Assembly (NCBI RefSeq): GCF_053078305.1
Contig: NZ_CP166879.1
Strand: one strand, 5' to 3'
Length of the DNA stretch: 64,000 nucleotides
Shown here: positions 1 to 8,989 of the stretch, piece by piece
Numbering within the stretch: the stretch's first letter is position 1
Layout of the letters: each line of letters opens with the position of its first letter
Notes under the pieces: model-generated
Told to the model about the DNA's origin: nothing
Seen by the model: only the letters and a program-made list of their open reading frames with translations
Databases searched by the model: none
Program-made: the position numbers and the translations under genes

Positions 1-222
1 CTGTGGGTCCCCAATTTCGGTGTCCAGGAATACATGGGTTATTCCGAACAAATGCTCGAAGTCTTCCCGCACAACTGGACTTTCGATAACGGCTATATGC
101 ATCCGGGAGACAAACCGGGTCTTGGCATCGAATTCGATGAAAAGCTGGCGGCGAAATATCCCTATGAACCTGCTTATCTGCCAGTCGCACGTCTGGAAGA
201 TGGCACGCTGTGGAACTGGTAA
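1..222 (+). CDS. rspA: C-terminal end of enolase-superfamily dehydratase-like starvation-sensing protein RspA (5' end outside window)
   Basis: Frame open from base 1 to TAA 220-222. The tail [32 protein letters not shown] fits recalled E. coli RspA, and rspB follows as in E. coli. Confidence 0.75.
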
Positions 223-233
223 GGAGTAAGATA

Positions 234-1253
234 ATGAAAAGCATATTAATTGAAAAACCGAATCAACTGGCGATTGTCGAACGTGAAATACCCACCCCGT
301 CAGCGGGTGAAGTTCGAGTAAAAGTAAAACTTGCCGGAATTTGTGGTTCAGATAGCCATATTTATCGTGGGCATAATCCTTTTGCGAAATATCCGCGCGT
401 CATTGGACATGAATTCTTTGGCGTCATTGATGCGGTGGGTGAAGGTGTGGCAAGCGCCAGAGTCGGTGAACGTGTTGCTGTCGATCCGGTGGTCAGCTGT
501 GGTCATTGCTATCCGTGCTCTATAGGTAAGCCGAACGTTTGTACGACACTGGCTGTATTAGGTGTGCACGCTGACGGTGGTTTCAGTGAATATGCCGTGG
601 TTCCGGCAAAAAATGCGTGGAAAATTCCTGAAGCAGTGGCCGATCAATATGCGGTGATGATCGAACCTTTTACCATTGCGGCTAACGTAACCGGTCATGG
701 TCAACCGACTGAAAATGATACCGTTCTGGTTTACGGTGCCGGTCCAATCGGCCTGACGATCGTTCAGGTATTAAAAGGCGTCTATAACGTTAAAAATGTG
801 ATTGTTGCCGATCGCATTGATGAACGACTGGAAAAAGCGAAAGAGAGCGGGGCTGACTGGGTGATTAATAACAGCCAGACACCGCTTGGCGAGATTTTCG
901 CTGAAAAAGGCATCAAGCCGACATTAATTATCGATGCGGCTTGTCATCCTTCTATCTTGAAAGAGGCCGTAACGCTGGCTTCTCCAGCGGCACGTATTGT
1001 ATTGATGGGGTTCTCCAGTGAACCGTCTGAAGTGATTCAGCAAGGAATTACCGGAAAAGAACTCTCTATTTTCTCTTCACGCTTAAATGCAAATAAATTT
1101 CCGGTCGTTATCGACTGGTTAAGTAAAGGGTTAATTAAACCAGAAAAATTAATTACCCATACGTTTGATTTTCAGCATGTTGCTGATGCCATTAGTTTAT
1201 TTGAACAGGATCAAAAACATTGCTGCAAAGTCTTACTCACTTTTTCTGAATAA
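234..1253 (+). CDS. rspB: Zn-dependent alcohol/threonine dehydrogenase-family protein RspB
   Basis: Starts MKSILIEKPNQ with RBS AAGGAG at 221-226. Has GHEFFGVI, a CGHCYPCSIGKPNVC zinc cluster and GAGPIG nucleotide-binding motif. Confidence 0.85.
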   Translation: MKSILIEKPNQLAIVEREIPTPSAGEVRVKVKLAGICGSDSHIYRGHNPFAKYPRVIGHEFFGVIDAVGEGVASARVGERVAVDPVVSCGHCYPCSIGKPNVCTTLAVLGVHADGGFSEYAVVPAKNAWKIPEAVADQYAVMIEPFTIAANVTGHGQPTENDTVLVYGAGPIGLTIVQVLKGVYNVKNVIVADRIDERLEKAKESGADWVINNSQTPLGEIFAEKGIKPTLIIDAACHPSILKEAVTLASPAARIVLMGFSSEPSEVIQQGITGKELSIFSSRLNANKFPVVIDWLSKGLIKPEKLITHTFDFQHVADAISLFEQDQKHCCKVLLTFSE

Positions 1254-1310
1254 TACCAATAACGGCGAGTAAGTAGTACGCATCTTACCTCTTTTTTAGA
1301 GATAACCATT

Positions 1311-1403
1311 ATGACAATAGAAAAACACGAAAGAAGCACTAAGGATTTGGTGAAAGCAGCGGTATCGGGATGGCTGGGCACTGCGCTTGAATTTATGGAT
1401 TTC
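1311..1403 (+). pseudogene. ydfJ: 5' fragment of MFS transporter gene ydfJ, truncated by prophage integration
   Basis: MTIEKHERSTKDLVKAAVSGWLGTALEFMDF matches the recalled YdfJ N-terminus. The frame then diverges and stops. ydfJ is the gene split by Qin in K-12. Confidence 0.55.
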
Positions 1404-1446
1404 AAGAGTCATGCATAGTAACCATTTGATAAATATTAAATTAATT

Positions 1447-2721
1447 TTACCCCGCCTTGTTATGGGGCATGGTTGGGGCAAACTCGCTTAGCTGTGTATT
1501 TAACAGCGTTACCTGTGCATTATTATTTTCTGACATCCATTTTCCGTACACCTGAAACACCATTTGCGCATCGGCATGCCCCATCTGGTTTGCTATGAAT
1601 GCAGGATTAGCACCAGCTGTTAGCGACCAGCAGGCATAAGTATGTCTCGACTGATATGATTTTCGGTGGCGGAGTCCTGCTCGTTTTATTGCTGCGTCCC
1701 ACATCTGTCTTATTGAGTCAACAGTAAAATGGTCACCATAATTTTTTACTCTCGCTGACACTTCAGGTTGAAAAACAAAGGTGCATTTTTGTTTTTCTGT
1801 TCTGCCATACTCTCTGAGGTGAACATCAATGATATGCTCTTTGCTCAGTCTCGTTAGTGTCATCTGATTCTGGAGGGCCTCGATTGCTGGCTTAATAAGG
1901 TGAATTACACGATTAGTCCCCGCCTGTGTTTTTGGTACCGTAAAATGGTCTTTTGCTAAATTTCTCCTGATCATCATTGTTCCATTTTTCAGATCTATGT
2001 CCTCCCATCCAAGTGCACACAACTCACCAGGGCGAACGCCAGTATAAACAGAAACACACCACAAATTTTTGGCTTGCTGATTTCTGCACGCATCTATAAG
2101 GCGGATAAATTCCTCCCGCGAAAGAGGATCTGGAATGGTTCTTGATTCCTTTAATGGCGATATCCCCTTAAACGGATTATCTGCCAGGTAGCTGTTATCA
2201 ACACCAAACTGGAACACGGCGTTAAGATTTGTCATGTAATTATTTACGGTAACAGCCGATCTCCCGGGTTGTGTAACAATATAGTTACTTTTGGGGATCT
2301 GGTATCCAGTCAGTAACTCTTTACGAACCTCCAGTAATTTTTCTTTATTAATCGATGAGGCAAGATTTTTTTCACCGATTATGCTCAGGATATTTTTGAT
2401 GACGGCACGGTATGTATTGAGTGAACTTCTGGCAACTTCGGCCTCTTTTAGTGCCAGAAATTTTTCGGCCAGTTCACCTATAGTCAAATTTTGTCTGGCT
2501 TCCCCAAATTTTTCCAGATTGTGGGAGTAGGGGAACTGTTTTGCGTAGTCAAAAATCCCCGTTTTTATTGCGTAACAAACAGAAGCGCGTAGTTCACCAG
2601 CGATGCGTCTGTTTTTTACTGTGTCAGGGACACCGAGGTTTTCCCTGACTCTTACGCCTTTATAAACAAACCAGATGCGTAATGTCCCCCCGTGTTTTTC
2701 TACGCCTGTCGGATATTTCAT
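1447..2721 (-). CDS. int: Prophage tyrosine integrase
   Basis: 424 aa. C-terminal catalytic region reads SRHTYACW...MGHADAQMVFQVYGKW. It is the first gene inside the junction. Confidence 0.9.
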   Translation of the reverse strand: MKYPTGVEKHGGTLRIWFVYKGVRVRENLGVPDTVKNRRIAGELRASVCYAIKTGIFDYAKQFPYSHNLEKFGEARQNLTIGELAEKFLALKEAEVARSSLNTYRAVIKNILSIIGEKNLASSINKEKLLEVRKELLTGYQIPKSNYIVTQPGRSAVTVNNYMTNLNAVFQFGVDNSYLADNPFKGISPLKESRTIPDPLSREEFIRLIDACRNQQAKNLWCVSVYTGVRPGELCALGWEDIDLKNGTMMIRRNLAKDHFTVPKTQAGTNRVIHLIKPAIEALQNQMTLTRLSKEHIIDVHLREYGRTEKQKCTFVFQPEVSARVKNYGDHFTVDSIRQMWDAAIKRAGLRHRKSYQSRHTYACWSLTAGANPAFIANQMGHADAQMVFQVYGKWMSENNNAQVTLLNTQLSEFAPTMPHNKAG

Positions 2722-2755
2722 GCCAGCTTCTCTCGTTGATTAGTGTTGTTTTGGA

Positions 2756-3007
2756 TTAAGCAAGGTGACGTCTTGGCCTTGCCGATGCCTGACGCTCGAT
2801 CCAGCGATCAATTTCTTCCAGATTGTAAAAACATGGGCTGTTATCCCACGGCATGCCGTCATGAGCGACATGTTTATACTCTCTCCCTTCCATAAATGAT
2901 TTTTCCCTGGCTTTTTTCAGTGTTCCTTTTTTTATTCCTTTCAGCGCAATTAACTGCTCTTCAGATACCCATTTGCCGGGAGAGACAATCATGATTACTT
3001 CACTCAT
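2756..3007 (-). CDS. xis: Excisionase-like small DNA-binding protein
   Basis: 83-aa ORF directly upstream of int in the same orientation, the typical xis position. Sequence family not firmly recognised. Confidence 0.55.
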   Translation of the reverse strand: MSEVIMIVSPGKWVSEEQLIALKGIKKGTLKKAREKSFMEGREYKHVAHDGMPWDNSPCFYNLEEIDRWIERQASARPRRHLA

Positions 3008-3077
3008 CGCTTTTTATCTCTTACATCAGATGAGCGCCGGTTGCAGAATACCAGTCACAACCGGCGACGGTTGAACA

Positions 3078-5597
3078 TTAAAAATCAGCCTGATTCGGGA
3101 ACAGTTTTTGCCAGATAACTGAAACGTATTTTGCCTGGTAACGCGCATCGTGCAGGGCATTATGGCGTTCACCCTCAAATGTGATGACGTTGCGGGCATC
3201 GAAATCCATCACCAGTCCCAGGGCAACAATCGTTCTTACATCACGATCGTTGTAGTGACGCCACGGGCAGGGGATTTCTTGTCGTTTATATGAACGGCTT
3301 AAAATTACGTTGTCGAAGTTGGCTCCATTTCCCCAGACCTGAACAAAAAACTCACCGGAGTTTTCGTCTATAAATTCCCGTAATTGTAAAAGCGCATCAT
3401 CAAGCGGTATTCGATCAGCTAAAATGGCGGCACGGGCTTCGCCAGAGCGTTGAAGCCACCATTCGATGGTGCTTATGTCTACAGTGCCACCACATGTATC
3501 CATATCAATTATTTTGCTGAATTCTGGCCCCAGTTCTCCGGTTTGCGGATCGAAAAAGACTGCGCCTATTGAGGCTATTGGTGCGTCAGGATTTTTGCCC
3601 ATCGTTTCAAGGTCAATCATCAGGTGATCCCACATTCTGCTGGTGGATGTGCTTTCACGATGACCGTTCACCTTAATTAAGGGATTTGCTGTCTCGCCTG
3701 TTTCATTATTGCCATTGGCATGTTGATCGCCTTCGGTGCACTCCTTGTTCGGGTGTCCGGCACTTTCCATTTCCTCCAGATCTTTTTCCCGGGCTTCATC
3801 CTGGCTTTCTTCGTTGAATGTCTCCTGGTATGTTGCGTCGCCCATCACCGCGCCACAGTCAGGACAGTTGCCGCCACCGCTCTGACCGCAGGCGGTGCAG
3901 ACTTTTTCCTCTTCCTGTTGCGCTACTGGTTCGGATTGTTTCGTTTCTGGCTCGTCTTGTAACGCATTTTGGCTGTTTTGTTCTGCTTTCTGGTCGTTCT
4001 GTTCCGTTTCTTGCTGGTTCTGGTTCACAGAATCGCAGGTTTCAATCCCCTTAACCCATTTCGAATCATTCGGGTCGCTAATCCCTTCAACAAACTCACC
4101 ACGGGAAGCGGCAAGCAATTTGTCGGCATCTGGTCGACTGATGTCTGCTGCCTCCATAATTTTATTTACTTCTTCAGCAGTAACTTTTACCTGTGACTTG
4201 TCATCCAGCGGCTGCGGGTCCTGATGATGTTCAACTGTATCCGCTGCCATTGTTTCAGCCGTTGCCTGTTCATCTGCCATTGCGCCAGATGGCTGCGGTT
4301 TTTCTTCATCATCCTGTTTTCCTTCTTTTGTTACACGCTGAGGGATAGGGGCAGAGGAGCGACCGCAGGCAATATCCACGATTTCCGGATCAGGGTTGGC
4401 ATGATCGGTTTCGGTCAGTACTTTGTTCAGATATTCGGTAACACGGTGGGGAGTAGCCTCGATACCAATTGGTGCTTCTTTCACGGACGCAACTACTATC
4501 GCGCGGGAATAATCCAGGTGACCAGGCATGGCGATGAATTTGTCACGAAAAACAGAAAAGGGCGGCTTATTCTCTGAAACGATTTCTTCAATGCGTTTGG
4601 CGTGTGCCGGATGTGGATTGTAAATATCGATGTCCATTGAACGGGCCAGAACGCCAGCGGCAACGTCACGTTCCACTGACGCATCATCGTGGACAAAACC
4701 TTCACCGCGATCGGTAAGAATTCCTCCGCCAGCATTAGCGCCGGACGGGGTGCGATTGATTTCAGATACGCAATTTCCCTTTGCCCACTCTTTTGTCAAC
4801 AGCCCCTGATCAAGGTAGTCAGTCTTCATCCAGGTGGAAATGAACTTGTCGAATTCTGCCGGGCTGATACGGCGTGTTGTTGCGTGAGTGAATGCCTTTT
4901 CCACCGAATGCGCCAGTCTTCCAAGATGATGGTTTGTCAGCTTATCCAGCTCAGGATGCGAACGTACTGCAGTAAGCAGGCTCTGTATGTTTCCATCTTC
5001 CATATCCATTTCGATGCGGATCACGTCCTTGCGTTGTTCTGGTGTGGCGTGATGTTTGTATTTCTCGTCGAACTCCTGACCAAAGAAGTAGAGGTGCAGG
5101 AAGCGATGGGTAAGACTCAGGGTGGAGACGGGGATTTCACATTCAGGGCAGTCATCGTTGCTGTCCGGGGATTCGCTTTTATCTGCGTTCTCTGTCTGAG
5201 AGTCACTTTGTTCATCGCAGTCACGGCTGACACCTGTAACAGCTTCGCCGCTGGTATTGTCAGTGCTGGCAGGTTTGTCCTGAGCTGAAGGGGAAGGAGC
5301 TATAAATATCATTGTGATACCATCTTCCCCGCCTTTTTCGTAACGGTTGCAGAATTCAGTATCAAACACGCCTTCTGGAGGAAGGTCATTCACAACGGGT
5401 AAATGGACGCGAACAGGTTTTTTAAAGTCGTCCTCGTCATAATCATTATCATCCATTGCGGTAATGCAGCGGGAGATGGCAACAGATAATTTTTTTGCTG
5501 TAGTCCAGTAAAAACCACCTTTAATCCCAAGGCGTTTTCTGACCTTGTCATTTTTTGCTTCGCAATATAGTGCAAAAGTTTCTTTATCAGTGCTCAT
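3078..5597 (-). CDS. Large early protein with C-terminal DEDDh-type 3'-5' exonuclease domain
   Basis: 839 aa. C-terminus has MIDLETMG...WGNGANFDNVIL...HNALHDARYQA (DnaQ-like Exo I-III motifs). An acidic Q/E-rich linker and a CTACG..CPDCG zinc ribbon lie in the middle. Confidence 0.6.
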   Translation of the reverse strand: MSTDKETFALYCEAKNDKVRKRLGIKGGFYWTTAKKLSVAISRCITAMDDNDYDEDDFKKPVRVHLPVVNDLPPEGVFDTEFCNRYEKGGEDGITMIFIAPSPSAQDKPASTDNTSGEAVTGVSRDCDEQSDSQTENADKSESPDSNDDCPECEIPVSTLSLTHRFLHLYFFGQEFDEKYKHHATPEQRKDVIRIEMDMEDGNIQSLLTAVRSHPELDKLTNHHLGRLAHSVEKAFTHATTRRISPAEFDKFISTWMKTDYLDQGLLTKEWAKGNCVSEINRTPSGANAGGGILTDRGEGFVHDDASVERDVAAGVLARSMDIDIYNPHPAHAKRIEEIVSENKPPFSVFRDKFIAMPGHLDYSRAIVVASVKEAPIGIEATPHRVTEYLNKVLTETDHANPDPEIVDIACGRSSAPIPQRVTKEGKQDDEEKPQPSGAMADEQATAETMAADTVEHHQDPQPLDDKSQVKVTAEEVNKIMEAADISRPDADKLLAASRGEFVEGISDPNDSKWVKGIETCDSVNQNQQETEQNDQKAEQNSQNALQDEPETKQSEPVAQQEEEKVCTACGQSGGGNCPDCGAVMGDATYQETFNEESQDEAREKDLEEMESAGHPNKECTEGDQHANGNNETGETANPLIKVNGHRESTSTSRMWDHLMIDLETMGKNPDAPIASIGAVFFDPQTGELGPEFSKIIDMDTCGGTVDISTIEWWLQRSGEARAAILADRIPLDDALLQLREFIDENSGEFFVQVWGNGANFDNVILSRSYKRQEIPCPWRHYNDRDVRTIVALGLVMDFDARNVITFEGERHNALHDARYQAKYVSVIWQKLFPNQADF

Positions 5598-5689
5598 TGA
5601 TAAACCTCATTACTATTTTAAGGTTGTGCGAATCCCTGCCATTGCTGGCATTTTTAATCCGTTTGTATGGCGTTAATATGGCTGGTGGG

Positions 5690-5878
5690 TTATCCAGCCG
5701 GTATTTCGTTATTCAGGTACAGCGATACTTTTTTTAACGGGAGGCATTCGCCAGAAATTTTTTGCTCGTCTCTTGCACGGAGGCATGATTCTTTACTGGC
5801 ATAAATTCCGGTAATCACATTCTGTGGCTCACCCGTTATAAGAAAAACAGTCATTACCAGTGCAAATGCAGAAGTCAC
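5690..5878 (-). CDS. Hypothetical small protein
   Basis: 62-aa ORF in the early-left operon with a hydrophobic N-terminus. No family recognised. Confidence 0.3.
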   Translation of the reverse strand: MTSAFALVMTVFLITGEPQNVITGIYASKESCLRARDEQKISGECLPLKKVSLYLNNEIPAG

Positions 5879-6063
5879 TGCTGCCCCCCGAAAATACCAA
5901 GTTTAAGAAGGGCAATTCTGGAGAGTATGGAATTATCATTGAGAAGATAAGGCTCATATTTTCTCATCTTAATGGCATCTTCAGTAAACTCCCGGTTACT
6001 GAGCAGAACACCAATATCAAAACACCCTTCAGACGTATTAACGTTTGGTAATAACGTTTCCAT
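5875..6063 (-). CDS. Hypothetical small protein
   Basis: 62-aa ORF overlapping the start of the next gene by 4 nt (coupled). No family recognised. Confidence 0.3.
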   Translation of the reverse strand: METLLPNVNTSEGCFDIGVLLSNREFTEDAIKMRKYEPYLLNDNSILSRIALLKLGIFGGQQ

Positions 6064-6073
6064 TATCGCGTCC

Positions 6074-6631
6074 TCAACAATGAATTTTTAGTAATTGCTC
6101 CACAGTCATATTTTTAATTGCGCTCCGGTTTACAAGAGTCCAGCCTTGTTTCTCCAGATAAAACTGGAAGGTATCCAGGGTGCAGACCATTGCGCCGTCC
6201 GGAACGGTTTCAGTGAATTTGATATTGCCGTGTTCGTCGAGACGGATAACCAGGGTACGTCCGTCCCCGTGAATCATTTTGTCGGGAGACGGGGCGTTAT
6301 TCTGGCGCAGTTCTTTCTCCATGCGATCGAACTCAGCGATGTAGGCTTCTTTAAATGCAGCGGCTTTTTTGCCGGTGAAGCCCATCACCAGGAAAACGAA
6401 GCCGTTTTTGGTGATTTGGTACATGGGGCGTTTTTCGCCTTTGGCATCGGTGTAGGTAACCGACACAAAATTGTGTTCGTTAAAATTTGATGAGCAGTCT
6501 AAATTGCGAATTTTATCCAGTACTCGCTCGTGACGCTTACCAAAGAACTCTGCAATTGCAACAGACGTAGTGACAGCGCGACCATTTTTGATGGTTACGT
6601 CAGGGTGAGAAAGGGTAGGGATAGTAGCCAT
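6074..6631 (-). CDS. Rha-family phage regulatory protein (antirepressor-type)
   Basis: Starts MATIPTL at 6631 with RBS AAGAGG. Contains ...TTSVAIAEFFGKRHERVLDKIRNL..., a Rha-like N-domain. The upstream 99 codons of the long ORF are an RNA leader. Confidence 0.7.
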   Translation of the reverse strand: MATIPTLSHPDVTIKNGRAVTTSVAIAEFFGKRHERVLDKIRNLDCSSNFNEHNFVSVTYTDAKGEKRPMYQITKNGFVFLVMGFTGKKAAAFKEAYIAEFDRMEKELRQNNAPSPDKMIHGDGRTLVIRLDEHGNIKFTETVPDGAMVCTLDTFQFYLEKQGWTLVNRSAIKNMTVEQLLKIHC

Positions 6632-6800
6632 AATGGCAGCCTCTTGGTTGAGTATTAATAACTCACCACCAAGGTTTTCCACGACCATAAGGGTGGTGAG
6701 ACGTACAGGGGTGGAAATACCGGTCAACCAAGAATCCGGCCAGCCTTGCGGCTGCCCTGCACGCCCCACCATAATCTGAATGTGGCTGTGCATTACGCAT

Positions 6801-6877
6801 AAAAAAACCGCCTGAGCGCGGTTATGCGCTTGATTGAATTCCGGGTTTCCACGCCCGGCACCCGCTTTATGAGGTGC
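6801..6877 (-). ncRNA. C4 / IsrK / P4-CI-like small RNA element in the rha leader
   Basis: 77 nt: hairpin GCACC-TCATAAAGCG-GGTGC, hairpin CCGGG-CGTGGAAA-CCCGG, terminator AACCGC-GCTCAG-GCGGTT plus T7. Loop 2 is complementary to TTTCCAC at 6717-6711. A homologous element lies at 35806-35883. Confidence 0.55.
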
Positions 6878-7119
6878 AGATGAACTATAATTCCACCCGT
6901 TCTGGTTTTCAATAGCTACATTCAACATTTTCTCTTACCCTTCATCACCGAAGTGAACTTTGTTGATGCAGTGCCTGGTGCCTCCAGGTGACGTTAACCA
7001 GTTAACAATTAACGCCGGAATACAGAAGTATGCCCGTTACGCCCCGTAAAAGACCACTTTACGGTTTTAACTGTTCCGCGTGCGCTTAGCCGCATTCACC
7101 GCATCACAAAATTCACTTT

Positions 7120-7176
7120 AAAAAGGGTGGCAGAGCAGTCACGGAGTAGAACTGATGCCACCAAAGACTACACATG
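7120..7176 (-). ncRNA. dicF: DicF-like sRNA
   Basis: Minus strand reads ...GGTGGCATCAGTTCTACTCCGTGACTGCTCTGCCACCCTTTTT, very close to recalled E. coli DicF including the terminator. Lies downstream of a ydfA-like gene as in Qin. Confidence 0.65.
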
Positions 7177-7428
7177 GGTATTGTGGCGGGGCTGTCACTT
7201 AAGCGTATGGTCAACCTGACAACCCGGTGCATTTTCTGGAGCAATGGAGGAAACCCCAGCCATACTTACCGCCGCGCCATTTCGCGGAGTGCCACAACCG
7301 GAAGCGCACGTTCGAAGAAATCTAACGACAAGCCTTCTAAGGGAAAGAGCTTCGCCGTACGCTTTCGCGTTATGCCCTGACTTTTCAGGGTAAATTAACC
7401 AGTGGCAACCTGTTTTTACTGGTGCTAA

Positions 7429-7581
7429 TCAGTTAGTGTTTCTTGCTAACCAGCGACGCGCGCCAGCTTCGGTTTTAAACTTTTTACTTTTGGTATACGT
7501 CATCGCGGTAAACGTGCCGTCCTGGTTAGGGAACACACCGCATACCAGAGATTCGTTGTTGCCAAGATTGAGCGTATCCAT
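7429..7581 (-). CDS. ydfA: YdfA-like (DUF1391) small protein
   Basis: MDTLNLGNNESLVCGVFPNQDGTFTAMTYTKSKKFKTEAGARRWLARNTN closely resembles recalled Qin YdfA. The internal Met is used as start. Confidence 0.6.
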   Translation of the reverse strand: MDTLNLGNNESLVCGVFPNQDGTFTAMTYTKSKKFKTEAGARRWLARNTN

Positions 7582-7771
7582 GTTGACCTCATTTCCCCTT
7601 AACGCCGGGGTAGCGGAACTGTTTGCTGAGAACACCGTGCGGTGTCTTGATGGATGGTAATTTAGTTTTCTCATTGCGCTTGGTCAAATGTTTTTGATGA
7701 GAAATCTCAATATTTAATACAAAACAAAGCCAATACATTGAAATGTAAGGCTTTAAATTTTGTGAAGGGGG

Positions 7772-8179
7772 TTATTGATGTTTGTTACGTTTGCGAGCTT
7801 CTAGTAGCTCGGTGAATAGGCGATTAAAATTCTCAACGCGGGCACGGAGTTCGCTGATCTGTGCTTGCTGCTCTGATTTTGGAAGTGCGCGATACAATCG
7901 CAACATCTCCAACTCATCTTCCGATAAGTCTAAGGCGCTGTTGAGTGCAACTGGTGGATCTGGTGTTTTATCCTCGTCACCAAACAGTATCCAAGTTGGT
8001 GAACATTGCAATACCTCAGCTAGGCGATGCAAATTTTGCCCGCGCGGGGCTGTATGGTCGCTTTCCCATAGTGAAATTGATGAGCCAGATACGCCAGCAG
8101 CTTTGCTTAAATCGTTTTGACTTAAACCAACCTGTTTGCGTCTTTCTCTAATTCGTTGACCTAAAGTTTTCTCGTTCAT
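7772..8179 (-). CDS. dicA: DicA-type HTH repressor (CI position)
   Basis: XRE HTH, then ...LQCSPTWILFGDEDK...SEQQAQISELRARVENFNRLFTELLEARKR, as in recalled DicA. Divergent from a cro-like gene. Confidence 0.75.
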   Translation of the reverse strand: MNEKTLGQRIRERRKQVGLSQNDLSKAAGVSGSSISLWESDHTAPRGQNLHRLAEVLQCSPTWILFGDEDKTPDPPVALNSALDLSEDELEMLRLYRALPKSEQQAQISELRARVENFNRLFTELLEARKRNKHQ

Positions 8180-8256
8180 ATTTAGATATCTTAATAACCC
8201 TTGACTTGAGATTCCTTGAGTGATTACTATTGAGAAAACTCAAGCCTGGAGGGGTG
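8180..8256. promoter_or_regulatory. Divergent immunity promoter/operator region
   Basis: 77-bp intergenic region between divergent repressor genes with repeated CTTGAG/CTCAAG half sites (e.g. TTGAGAAAACTCAA). Confidence 0.4.
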
Positions 8257-8484
8257 ATGTTTAAATCAGACGTAATTAATTTTTATGGGACGAAAGCCAA
8301 AGTAGCGAAAGCTGCTGGTGTTGATCCATCTGCTGTTTCTCAATGGGGGGAACTGGTCCCTGAAGGTCGCGCGATGCGCCTGCAAGAGGCATCCGGCGGG
8401 GAGCTTCAGTATGACCCCAAAGTTTATGACGAATATCGTAAGACGAAGCGGGCGGGGCGGGTGAACAATGAAAATCACTCCTGA
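8257..8484 (+). CDS. dicC: DicC/YdaS-type Cro-like regulator
   Basis: MFKSDVINFYGTKAKVAKAAGV...VPEGRAMRLQEASGGELQYDPKVYDEY resembles recalled DicC. RBS GGAGGGG. Confidence 0.65.
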   Translation: MFKSDVINFYGTKAKVAKAAGVDPSAVSQWGELVPEGRAMRLQEASGGELQYDPKVYDEYRKTKRAGRVNNENHS

Positions 8485-8989
8485 ACAGGTTTGCGAGGCT
8501 CTGGATGCCTGGGTATGCAGACCAGGAATGACACAGGAGCAGGCGACGATATTAATCACCGAAGCATTCTGGGATCTGAAAGAGCGCCCGAACATCGATG
8601 TTCAGCGTGTCACGTTTGATGATGGCGCGGTTGATCAACGGGCGCTTGGCGTTAACCGGGTGAAGATATTCGAACGCTGGAAGGCTATCGACACCAGGGA
8701 TAAGCGTGAAAAATTCACGGCGCTGATTCCGGCAATTATGGAGGCTATCCGGATTAGTGATTTCAGGTTGTACCGCGAAATTACTGACGGAAAAAGCATT
8801 ACGTACATGATTGCCGGGTTAAACAAAGAATATGGCGATGTGGTGGAGTCCGGGCTGCTTTTTGCAGATCCAGCTGTTGTGGAACGTGAGACAGACGAGC
8901 TTATAGAAAAAGCAATCGCTTTCAAGCGTGCCTATCGTCACCAGTACCAACAAAAAGCCGGATGGAATTATGAGCCTTCTTTTTGCTGA
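8468..8989 (+). CDS. YdaT-family protein (CII position)
   Basis: 173 aa. The block KREKFTALIPAIMEAI resembles recalled YdaT (REKIQKLIPAILAIL). Position is right after cro. Confidence 0.45.
   Translation: MKITPEQVCEALDAWVCRPGMTQEQATILITEAFWDLKERPNIDVQRVTFDDGAVDQRALGVNRVKIFERWKAIDTRDKREKFTALIPAIMEAIRISDFRLYREITDGKSITYMIAGLNKEYGDVVESGLLFADPAVVERETDELIEKAIAFKRAYRHQYQQKAGWNYEPSFC

Noticed and set aside
6632-6928. N-terminal 99 codons of the 284-aa Rha ORF
   Set aside because: The region contains two hairpins and an intrinsic terminator. It is conserved with the island leader at nucleotide and structure level, not as protein. A good RBS and ATG exist at 6631.
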